From positions 48,422,001-48,486,000 of the forward strand of contig CM060733.1 in NCBI GenBank assembly GCA_030704615.1: 64,000 nt of DNA, read 5' to 3'. A program made the translations under genes and the position numbers. Origin of the DNA: Takakia lepidozioides (taxonomy: Eukaryota > Plantae > Bryophyta). Below are positions 36,314-47,850 of the stretch, in pieces. The notes beneath the pieces were generated by a model. The model saw nothing but the letters and a program-made list of their open reading frames with translations, was not told the origin of the DNA and did not search any database. Numbering within the stretch: the stretch's first letter is position 1; each line of letters opens with the position of its first letter.

Positions 36314-37856
36314 GATGCTAAGGAATTCCTTTCCCGGTATGAGGGGAGAATCAAGATTAATATACCAAGTCCCTAAAAAACAAGAATTTCAACAATCTAC
36401 TGTACATCTCTACTCATAGAGTTGTAAGGTACCACTTTCTGAGTGGTTGTTTCACACCTCATATTTCAACTTTAGAACTACAAAAAGAGTGAGTATGACT
36501 CTGACAGTGCAGAAAATGGAAAAAGTTGCCTCTTGTCATCTACAAACCACCTTCTTAGTAATATTCAGAGTGGATTGAATCACTACGTGGTGACCTAGCA
36601 GACCCTACTTCTAGGTACAAGCTATAGTGCTTTAAGATAGGATGTCTTGAAGGTTGTGAGCAGTAGCCCAGCCCATCATATGCATTTGTAGTTAGCACGA
36701 AGCCGTTAGCCCGTCTGTTGTCATGTGCTTATATCTACAGCCTCCTCCATCTGCTCAATCTGAATGTGCACTTGTAGGGTTTAGTTAGGCTCAGTCTCTT
36801 TTCAATTTTGCTGAAGGAGAGTGCAAGTTCTATGGCAAAGAGTGAACGCAGCCCAAAACATTTGAACGACGATGGCACTGGAGGCGATTTGGCAAGAGCA
36901 CCTGGTTCAGCAGAGAGCGAAAGTGGAGGAGAAGAGGAGTCACTTACCCCAGGAGAATGCAAAGGGATGGTGGAATATGAACGGTATCGTGCTATCAGGG
37001 TAGCCGAAAACAAAGCTTGGTTGTTGGATTGGAGCTCCAAGGGCACTGCACCGTAAGTCGAAGCTGTCTCCCTGCTCGAATACTGTTCCTGCGATGATTC
37101 CTTCTCTCCTTCATTGCATTGTTCCCTCCTTCCCTGCACTTACAATGCGATCGCAGCACCTGAGCCGAGAGATGGCCTCCCCTGCGTTGCTTCCACGCCA
37201 GACTTACGTCTGTTTCATGAAAGGTAGTTGAGGTCCCAAGAGCCGGATGTAGTGGTTATGGACACTAGTGTAGTGGTTAATATGTACCCTAATTTGTTTT
37301 TAAAAAAAAAAAAACGACGTGTCCACATCCCATCTCCGCCATTGGATGGACGTGGACTGTCGGATGTTGCGCGACACTTGGACAACCTCATGTCTCTCAC
37401 GCGAGCGTACTAAGTGTGTGTGCTTTGCTTTTTGAGCTTCCTGGGCTTGTGAGGGCGTTTTGTTGTGAGTGACCTGGGCGATTGTGGGAGAGTAGAGAGA
37501 AAGAGAGACCCCCGCGTACTGCCCGCTATGTGTGGAACGGCCCAGTGCGAAGGAGTACTCGTTTGAGGGAGAGGAGTCATGTTCACATGGGGGTGGCGGA
37601 GAAGGAGTCCAACGACTTGGAGACCAACCTGGGGGAGGATAGTGGAGTGACTCCCAGTGCTGACTACTCAGCAGAGAGCGAGAGCACGGACGAGGAGGAA
37701 GACCAGAGTGCTGAGAAGATCGTCGTTCGCATGACTCCTTCCAAGCGGCCCTTAAGGACATCCACCCCAACCAAGGAAGGTAACAAGCTGGCGGTGGGAT
37801 CCCTAAGACCCCTTCTGTCTCTGTCTCTATCTCTCTCCCTCTCTCACCCTTAGTTC

Positions 37857-39385
37857 ACATAGCTGTGTCACAATTAACGGACAGAAGTCCAACTTCTTTG
37901 ACATAGACCAAGGTGTAGCTCAAGGATGTACTCTCTCCCCTCTGCTCTTCAATGTTTTCATCAATCAACTCCTCGAGGATGTGGAAAGTGAGGGATTTAG
38001 GGTTAAGGGTGGGTGATACCACCATACCAGCCCTTATGTTTACGGATGACTTCGCAGGCATAGGAGAGACTCCAACCAATCTCCAGGAGTTGATTGATTG
38101 CGCGAAGAGATACTTTGATCTTTGGGGGCTAGAGGCTAATGTCAGCAAATGTGCAGTGCTAGCATTCAACGACAGAGGAGAGGGAGAAAGTGATCTTAAG
38201 TGGCAGTGGGATACCCAAGAGATCCCGGTCCACCCTAAACCCTACACTTACCTGGGCGTTCAGTTTTCCTCCAGTTGTAATTGGGATGCACATATCCGGA
38301 AAGTTGTTCAAACTGGCAAAGGCAAAGGTCTGGGGCTCACTAAATTTTTCCACTGCATAGGGGTCAACTCTGAGGTTTAGAAAACCATGCTTTGTCGCGT
38401 TATTAGACCTGCATGGAAGTACGAATATGCTATATGGGTTGATAACTCCAACCAGGCTAAGTCTGTAGAATCCATTCAAGTGGGGGTGCTTAAGGAGTAT
38501 ATGTCAGCATGCTCCAAAACAGCCAATGTGGCTGTTCGGGGTGAATTTGGCATTCCGTCCTTAAGCTCCCGACGACATGAATTCAAGGTCAGATGGTGGG
38601 GTCAGCTGCAACATATGCCCAAGACCCGATATCCTAAGTTAATCGACTCTATATCTTGGAAACAGGACCGCCCTGTCAAACAGGCTAAGTCCTGGTAGAA
38701 GAGAGTAGAAGAGATTCTCAAGGACCTGGACCTGGATCCCCAAGTCTTGACCCTACTGGATAAATCTGACTTAGAGGCTGTAGTGTCCAAAGCCATGTCT
38801 GTTGCCATTGTCTGTGAAAATGAAGTTAGGCAGAAAACTTCCCTGAACTTGTTTCCAGTCAGTGACATGGGGGACGACATCTTGGATGACCTCAAGGGTC
38901 TACCCACTCTCGGCACTAGACTGAAATTTAAACTCAGTGCAGGAAGCCTACCTTTGAACAGCTAACAGAAGTAGAGAGGAAAGAGAGAGTGCAATTGTCC
39001 ATTGTGTGGGCAATCTGAAGACAATATTCATTTTTTGATACACTGTCCGGGGTTCTCTCACCAAAGAGACGCTCTCTTCAATTCTATCAAGGGAATTGTG
39101 CCTGTACCCCTGTTTACCAACTTTGAAAGTCTCGAGTCTGAGCCAAAAGCCCAGGCCCTCCTGAGGCCTAGTTTTTGGGCAAATCACACTCAATAGATTG
39201 ATGCTTGTGTGAAGGGATTTCTAGAGGATATCTGGAAAACCCGGATTAATTCTTTATATGAAGGTAAGTCTTACTACCAACGTCAGCCCCTGACACAGGT
39301 AGGTTCTGTTCCTTTTGTTCCCGCTCAAATTGGGCGCGGGGTCAATGGCCACAAGGCTACGGCAAACAACGTCTTATGAGTACAA
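37857..39385 (+). mobile_element. 5'-truncated non-LTR retrotransposon (LINE) with 15-bp TSD
   Basis: TSD TCTCACCCTTAGTTC at 37842-37856 and 39386-39400; RT motifs LSPLLFNVF, LMFTDDF, NVSKC, YTYLGV; C-terminal CPLC..HFLIHC; no poly(A). Confidence 0.9.
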
Positions 39386-41790
39386 TCTCACCCTTAGTTC
39401 CTCTCAGATTGTGGAAACAATTGAGCATTTTCATGATGTGTAGGGTTTAGGGTAGGGTTTTGTGTAAAGCAGAGGTAGAGGCAGAACCGAGCAAGGTTTA
39501 GGGTAAATCTAAGTGAGTAAGAGGCTGGGGTGTATGGCGGAGGAATGATCTTTGGAGTGATGAACTGATGGAGAAGGGAGTGTGTGGGGCTGGACTGAGA
39601 GTGAGGGAGAGGCTGGAGAATGGCTCATGAAATGTATATGCTTACAATGACTGAGATGGTGATTGGTTTATATAACCAAGCCTATTACTACTATGATTGG
39701 CTTGTGAACTTAAGGCATGAGTGGTTGATTGTTTCATTTCGAACCTGATATGCTTTGAGCCTGGTTCCGAAGATTTATCTCCAGACCTGCAATCAGCTTT
39801 TGTGATGAGTTTACAATCTACATATATGGTGATAAATGTTATATATCAAACCTTGGTTCTTTCCTAAATGTGAATGACCTGGAAACTTTGTTAGAAAGAT
39901 GAATGGCTTACGAGTTGGACTATGTATGGCTTGACTGCTGGATTAAATTTCAAAGGGTTAGAACATGTGTTAGGGTCTTAATACTGAATGGATGTGGGAC
40001 ATTGCTAGGGCGCCAGAGCATGACATTCCATGCATTCACGCCATTGGATGCCAAACTTTTCTTGGCACGTTGGGCCAAGGTTTGTATGCGTTCACGAACT
40101 GCCGACCTTGCTCGTTGCCCGGTTGGCCTTATTTTCCATCATTGCTAACTTTGTGGGGTGGAGGGGCTTGTGTTAGGCTGCATCAAAGTGCGCAAAGGAA
40201 GGGGGGACTGAGGCTGTGGCGAATGCTACTGGTCCACCTACGACATGGGTGCAACAAGGCCCAAATGGCCCATGGGTGCAATCCAGAGGTGGGCAAACGT
40301 GGCTACAGCAAGGAGCACCTACCTAGCAGCAGCCCATGGCCCCTCCACAGACGACGAACACGTGGTCATGGATTCCACGTGAACCACTGTCCTTAACCAC
40401 CGGTGCCACGTAATGTCTTTTACCACTCACTTGTCCTAATGCACTGGTTCTTCATCACTCTGGGCCATAGTGGTTTAGTGTCTTTTACCACTCAAAGTGA
40501 GTGGTTAACAGAGTGGTTATTCCGCGTTTTTCTTCTAGTGCCAGTATCTAGTACTCCAGTCCAGTTTCCAGCATTTCAGTATTCAAGTCGTGTTCCAATA
40601 TCTTGTACTCTTGTTCACTGTTATAAAGATCGTCTTGATTCCTATTTACTCATCGTGCATTCGGCCACGCCGACCTTGACTTCTTGTCTAGCCTTGTACC
40701 TCTAGTCTTATCTCTTGTTTGTGTTCAGTCATGTTCTCGTCCTTGACAACAACCCCCACATCGGTGGCTAACCGCCTCACCAAAGAAGCACCACCTGAAA
40801 AAAAAGAAAATGCCTATGAGTGTCGGACAAAAAGAAAAAAAATCAAAATGAAAACAATTTAAAAGAAGAAAAAGAAGCGTGCATGTAACCTCAATCTCGC
40901 TGCTTTGTACACCTCAAGGATTGCCCACGGCTTGGCTTGCGGGAGACTAATTTTTCCTCCACCCCCGCCCAAGAGGGGCCCAAGAGTGATTCTCGCACAC
41001 TTGCAGGCACTGGATTCCAAGCATCCTTGAGCTTTTAAACTCCTTCATCCAGCACCTTCTTCGCTGAACCCAGAGCCTCCAATGCCCGTTTTTCTCTCAG
41101 CCTCCACCCTTCTTCTCTCGGCCTCGGCCTCTTCCTTCTTTATCTCATCTTCCTCCTTTTTTCTTTTGGCCGCCTCTTTGTTCTCTTTCTCTTCCTTTGC
41201 CCTCTTTCTCTCGGCCTCCTCCTTCTTACCTCTCTTGGCCTCCTTGTCCTTCTTGGATCGAAAACTACATCTTCCTCTTTTTTCCTGTGAGGGTGTCTTT
41301 CTTTTCTCTCTCCCTCTCTTCTTTCTCCATCTCTTTCTTTCTCTCTTCTTTCTCTTTCTCAAGTTTCTCCTTCTCTAGGAGCTCTCTCCTTGCCTTAGTT
41401 GCCTTTGTTAGGGACAGGGCTACCGTGCAAGCTGCATCCCGACCGAAGAGTACGACCCTCCATCAAATGTGTCACCGGCAGAGGCTGAGGGGAAGGAGGA
41501 GGAGTGGAAGGTGCACCATGAGAAGGGTGTGGGGACCTATAAGGTGGTTGCCTACCCTTTGAGCCACCTACCATTTGCGCTCCCACCAGTGATGTGAACT
41601 TTGACGTCGCGGCCCGTGTCACTCTAGTATTTGGAACCAAGAAGGGATTGGAGGGCCTCCCCTTCCATGCACCTGTGTGGTCTTGTGCAACAGTCGTGGA
41701 CTTTGGATCCACTTTCTCGGCCCATGTTACCCCAAAAAAACTATGAAAATACGACAACTTGAACCGCCGGTGACATAGGATGAACCTAGA

Positions 41791-41843
41791 ACACACACAC
41801 ACACACACACACACATATTATATATATATATATATATATATAT
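41791..41843. repeat. Compound (AC)n(TA)n microsatellite
   Basis: Direct reading. Confidence 0.95.
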
Positions 41844-44496
41844 TAGTTTGGTTATTTTTCAAACCGTTCGGGAGCAATGGGCCTATCTCATTTTGTATTC
41901 TAAAAAATACTTAAAGAAAAAATGCCCAACCATAAAGAGAGAGATCAGAAGACTCCGGCCGAAGCGGCGTAACAAAGAGCCACTTCGCCTTGCGGCTACT
42001 TCTTTTTCGGGGGTGGGCCCTATAAAAGTATTGGCCCAACCATAAAGTTTTATTTATATTATGGGTATATATGTAGATTATGAGTTTGAATTTTATAGCC
42101 TCATTAAAAAGAAACTATAATTTTTGGGCTACCAAGTTTTAGTGGTGAACTCCACAATTAGTAATGAACCCAAGTATCAGCTCAGCATGGGCACTTATTC
42201 ACGCTTACTTACATCACACCCTCACAAACAAATCACACAATGGGCCCCCCTTCAAAACATGGGGGGCCATTGCTAACATCAGGCACCGACTGACCGACAG
42301 AGAGGTAGCTCGCACATACTATCCACCTTTGTTGGGTGAGCAACACGGCTGCGTGCCCTGCAAGAAAATATGGTCCACCGAAAGGTAGGGATATGATTTT
42401 CTTCACTCGGCCGGGTTGATTGATTGCGATGCACCTCTAAAATACTCTAATATATTCTGCCCATGTGGAACCTATTTAAAATTGCGTGCGACTCATTGCC
42501 AATGGGACTTAGGGTTCAAATGGGGCTACAACATTGTCCCGCGGTAAAAGGGTGGCACACTGCCATGTAGCAAGAACCTTTGGAAAAAGAGCCAGTAAAC
42601 GAAAATATCAAGACAAGCTGCAGACGCACTAATGTTTCATGGATACCACCGAGGGATCGACTTGTGGCGCTTTGTGGCTTGTGAGTCACTCCTCGTCTCT
42701 CTCGATTTCTTAGTTCGTTCAAAGATTATGTTGATGACTCAGTGAAGGTGTGGCCTGCAGGGGTTGAGGAGGGCTAGCTAGCGGTCCCTTGATCAGTGGA
42801 GGCTACCAGCGATGCAGTTTTGGGGGTGGAGGTTATCAGTGATGCAAAAGTTTTGGGTAGGGAACTTGTGTAGGGAGCTGCGGCGATTCTCGTCCATGGA
42901 TCAACAGGTTGTTTGCACCCTGGAAGGAAGGATGGAGTTACGCCAGGACTGCCAGCTACTAGAGCGCAAAGGAAGTCCAAGGACCGGCGGAAGGACCTAC
43001 TTGGGGACAATTTCTTGAGGAAGGCAAGGGAGGAATAAATCTGTACCTAAGAGTCGCAGAGTATTATATGGTTATACACCACATGTCCCATAGATTTGAC
43101 CAGGTCCTCGAAGATGTCTTTCCCGGAGCATGCTTTTGATTACCGCTGAGAGCTTATAACTAGCAGAACATTGGCGCAGTGGAGAGTGTGATTCTATTTA
43201 GGTCATGTCGTGCAATATAGTGAATGATGTTCTCGTTCATTGGAGGATCAAACTCCATGCAGAGATGCTGTCACTAGTCACAATGAGCACAAAATCCAAA
43301 ATCTAGTCCCGGTACTTAAAAGTCCACTGAGGAGGTAAGTCCCATCCCAGGGTATGCGTGAAAATCCAACCTATTAACTGAGCAGAGTCATATTCTGGGC
43401 AGGTATGTCCATGCAGGTATTCAAAATGTAGTTGCACTGAAATCTCTAGAATGTTTGGTCACCGGTGCCCAAAGTCTTTCTTGGCTGCTTTCTTGGTAAT
43501 AGAGTATTGCTAAAGATGCTTGGTCAAGACTGGAAAAACAGAGATTAATCAACTGAAGTCCTGTGCTCGTCCTGTGACCACTGTTCTTCAGGGCGCAGAT
43601 TGTAATTGGAGCTTGGCAAATCAGTGGTGGCCATGGGCTGTAAGTTTCTCGCCCCAGCAGGCCCGAGGCCAGACTCCACGTGAGATTCACTACAGAAAAC
43701 ACAGAGGCAGAAGTTAGTAAGCCCAAACGAGACCAAAAGAGGGAAAAAAATCTTTGGAGTACCAAGAAGGCTTCAGACTCTTCGTTGTGTTAGCTTTCTT
43801 CATCTAGCCTCTCAGCTAAAAGTTAAATGCCGCCCCTTGTTTGGATCTAGATAATGCTATTGCATGCAGGAACAATGCGTCCAATGTTATCACATCATGC
43901 AAGCCTCAGTTTGGCCTATCTAGTCTGAGTTTACAAGTGCTTTAATTTGCAGCACTAAATAGGCTGTCCGGCATGCACAGTACTCTCAAAAGGACTGTAT
44001 CTTAATAGTTTGCATTTCCAATTGATTAATCTCCCAAAACTTCTCTCGCTCATGTTTCAAGGAATCTGAATTCCCTGCAAAATGCCTGAGCCATTGAGCT
44101 GAACAAAGGGAAAATGGGTCCCCAACGAACCGACGCCTGGAACAGTCAGGACTTTACCTAAATTTATGTAAGTAAAACAAAGAGTTATATGGCCCCCAAA
44201 TTGCTATCAGCCAGCCTCTTTGGCTGCCACTATTCTGTAGTGGGATATGGCCTGATCCATTGACACTTGCAGATATGCAGGGATAACTAATCAAAAGTTT
44301 CTGGACTGGTTTTGAAATCTGTATTATGAGATCAGGTGTTCAACCTTGCCATGACACCAGCAAAATATTAACGGTCACTGATTGCCATGTTTCCACATCC
44401 TCCACATACACGAGATTTGAGATACTTAAGTTCTGCAGTCTGATGATAGCCCTTTAATTAATAACTAGGTGTGGGACAGAAAGTAACTCATTTGTT

Positions 44497-47400
44497 CTAA
44501 AAAACAGGAAACCAGGAACTCGTGAGTTCTGTGATGACTTTCACCCTTCGAGAGTTTAGAGACATACAGGTCCAGAACTGTTTTCTATCAGAGAATTTGG
44601 GTACTCTCACGTACCAGCTGAGCTTGCGTTTTTTTTTCAATTCTGAAGAGGTTGCCGGGAAATGATGACCGTGCCAGTTTCGTTTCCGCTGGTTGATGAA
44701 CCAGTTGTTCACAAACTTCAGTGGCAGCCCTGTCTGTCGGCTGAACCTCTCCTTGTCGTCCTCCTGCAGCTTAGATACAGGCGTACAACAATTATAGCAA
44801 GGTACATACAAATAATCCAACAAAATTATGACTCGTTTTTCATATTGTGATGATCTAGGTCGATGGTAACGTATACAAATGCAAAACAAAGTTACATTAA
44901 ACTATGTACGTTGGATACGTGCGTGCTTACCGTGGGATAAGGCCATTCGATGTGCGCACGCCACCAGGCCTTCAATACCTTCGTGGAGGCTTCCGGCACA
45001 ACCCGTCCCGTGCGCAATATCTCCTCTCGAATTGCAAAGATATTTTGTCTGTATGCCTGCACATGACATGTGAAATTTGTATTACAATTACTTCCAGTGG
45101 CCCACAAGTCTTCTATGCATACATGTGTACTATTAATTTGTACACAATCCATAATATATGGCTGCAGAAATCAGGCACGAGAGGTAACCGTTTAAAAAAC
45201 ATCGAGTTAACATCATGATGTAAATCTTTAGCGTGGTACCCCACAGCTTGCTCCACAGCTTATAAGTTAACATTCTTCAAAGCATCGAAATTGAGCAGTC
45301 TGCAGCTTGTTGGTATACAGACACTGCATGCTGAAAGCTGTTATGGACAGTGATGGAATGATACTCACGAGCTAACTGACTTCATCCTGCAGGTTAAGTA
45401 GGAGGTAGCTTGGCTTTTTTAGCATTCAGGCCTACAGCACAAGCAATGTTCAGACAAGTATGAGGAGCGCTCTATCAGTCAGCAAGTGAAGGCAGAATCA
45501 TGAGTGCTTGCCTCCTTCAGCTCCAATTTGAGTTCCGGACGTACACGTTCCAGGTTTGTACGGTCTGTCTCAGTAGGTTGCAGTGGCCCGAAACCCCCAG
45601 TGTAATCCAAGTTTGGGTCATCTGCACAGCAAACGCACTTGAATCCTTCACCTTCATCAGACCTGGTAGCTCCTGTGCCATAAACCGGGGCTGCTCCTGC
45701 GGAGTTCACGCAGTGTTTTCCAAGGATAAGTAAACTTTCAAGGACAGTTGTAATAAGAACAGCTGAGTAAAATGGCAGATAACTGGATAATATTTGGACC
45801 TCTGTTTCACGTTCATAGTGCACTTCCAAAGTACTATGGATAAGGCCATCGGAATGCAGCTCGGCCACTATACTGTAAGATCCGGTCTAGCTAAGCTAAA
45901 GGAAGCCAATGGCATGAGCTAAATTTTCTCGATTAGGTGTCTCCAATGCGCGGCTACCCTCTCTCGCAGTACGTACTAACTCACACATGGACAGCCCAAG
46001 TTCTCCTTACCAGCCATTGTGTAGAGTTCCTGCTCTGTGTTCCAGCAGAACATCATAGCTTCACTCACAGCCCTGTTAATACGTTGCTGCAGCTGATCCT
46101 TGTAGGCAGTGAGTAGCGTAATGTCGTGGACCTGCAAATCCAAAATCCAAACAAGTGCTTCAATAAAGAACTGATCTTGGAGCAGCACCATTTGCAGCAT
46201 AAAGACAGATGTCAATGTATGCTAACAAGCAAGGATCTGAAATGAAGTTGTCCATTTAGATAGCAGCTCGGCCAAGAAAAGAGTCAGATGCTCTGTACAC
46301 CTGGAATAGGTCACACATGTATAGAGAACTGAACCAATACTTAGGTCCTGAGTATCATGTAATGAGTTGGTATCATAAGTACCATATTATGCCATATACA
46401 CACAAGAAAAGATGACCCCGACCTCAAAACAATCTTAAGCCTGGTCCTCTCGGTACTGGCCCTTTGAGGTGTGGGCTCTATCATATAGTTCATGCCATAC
46501 ATACATATACACATGACTTTGGAGTTCTCAAAGAGAGATCACCGTTGAGCTTTCCAGTAGGTGACTCACTAAAGCCTACTCTATGGAACCTTGGTGACTG
46601 ATCTAGGTACTGCAATCCCATCTTCCAGTTATCAGGGGTTCCTTACCATGAATCGATCAAGCTCAGCCTTCTCTTTTAGGCTGATGTCAAGCTCATCAGG
46701 GTACAGAACACAATACTTATTGGTTGCTTCTTGAGCCTGCGCCAACTGCTTGTCAAGGTATGGGATCAGAGCCACAGGTGTCCCAACCCGAAGACACGCC
46801 ACATGGGCGGCCATCAGGTCTCCATATAAAGGGTGTGCCACAATCTTTGCTTTTTCTTTTGCACTTTCCCATTCCGCTTTTTGCCGAAGCTCATTGTCCT
46901 CGGCAGTCTGCATCAATTTAAATTGCATCCATTTCAGGAAAATGATCAATACATCATTGTAGTACCCCAATACATAGCCTGGGAAATGAGGTGGTTTTTG
47001 AATGGTCAGAAAAACAGGAAGAAACTCTACAACGTTGGAGAATTGAAGACAGCGTTGGCCAGTATCAGCTATCACACTCTCGTATCAGGGCACAATTGTA
47101 AAGAGGATATGACCATCTCAAGCTGGATGTAAAAACATGGTAGTCGTGGTACCTGGCAGTCCGATCTCTGCGGAGTTGCATTCGTTGTGTCCAAAAAGCC
47201 GAAAAACTGCTGCTCCTCAATCATTCTAGCCTGAGGGAAATCCAGTTCAGTAGCAATTAGACTCGAATGGTGACCTGAGCACTAGAAATACTAGATCTGC
47301 AGCATAAGACAAGGTTCAGAACTAAAAACACAACTTGGAGGATTTTAGTGGTGAGCACTACCTGCTCGAATCTCTTTTGCTTTGAATGATTCTCTCTGTC

Positions 47401-47850
47401 CATTAGGTCAATAAAGTTCAGCTCTCTGCCTGCTCCATCCTGACAGAGATCCACCTCAGTGGTAATATGGTGGGGCCTGCTGAAGGCAGACACTGTTGGA
47501 TTATCACCAATCCCACATCGGATTTTCGGAGGGTCCAATATGGCACCCTGCAGAGTTGACTGCCAACGTGCATCGATCTGTTTCGCATTATAACCTTGTG
47601 GAGTACTGGACTCGCCAGGAGGCTCTGTCACCTTCTCTTTGCCTTTACTTTCATTGCGCAGCTTTCGCATTCCAATTTCAATATCAGAAAATTTCGGCCA
47701 GTCGTCTGGCATTTGAGTGTCGTAAATTAAGCTCTCCGTGGGATCCGGCCTGGTGAGGGAATCTTGTCTTTGAGAAACCCTAGAACTGTTCCAACGGTGA
47801 AATTGTTGTAACCTGGGAACATCAATGTCTGAGTGCATGTTGAATGCCAT
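44497..47850 (-). CDS. KNOX2: Class II KNOX (TALE homeodomain) transcription factor. Exons 47850-47362, 47230-47153, 46907-46647, 46131-46011, 45696-45512, 45056-44931, 44763 to either 44615 or the stop at 44497
   Basis: KNOX1 [31 protein letters not shown]2 ELDRFM..YKDQLQQ..EAMMFCW, GTGAT.SD, GFGPL.PTE..ERVR.ELK.ELK, homeodomain LKAWW..WPYPT|[20 protein letters not shown]. Splice phases are consistent (one GC donor). The 3' end is uncertain. Confidence 0.9.

Larger units (their letters stand above)
31481..40540 (-). mobile_element. CACTA (En/Spm) DNA transposon, 9060 bp including a nested LINE
   Basis: Perfect 29-bp TIRs CACTAGAAGAAAAACGCGGAATAACCACT; TSD CCA/CCA; ACCACT/AGTGGT subterminal repeats; transposase inside. 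Confidence 0.97.
26383..40748 (+). mobile_element. Tcn1/Tf1-like chromoviral Gypsy with an internal inversion, RT deletion and a CACTA in its 3' LTR
   Basis: 5' LTR about 26383-26960 (first ~75 bp missing); 3' LTR 31068-31480 plus 40541-40748 (TGTCA..TGACA); PPT aggagggggtga; Gag EPKVSMPEKFDGTR, DPMQID; integrase HPQTDGQTER, GPF; chromodomain remnant EYEVDEVLDS. Confidence 0.92.

Noticed and set aside
41045-41562. Lys/Glu/Arg-rich ORFs
   Set aside because: Low-complexity purine tract with frameshifts; probably a decayed TE ORF, no assignable domain.
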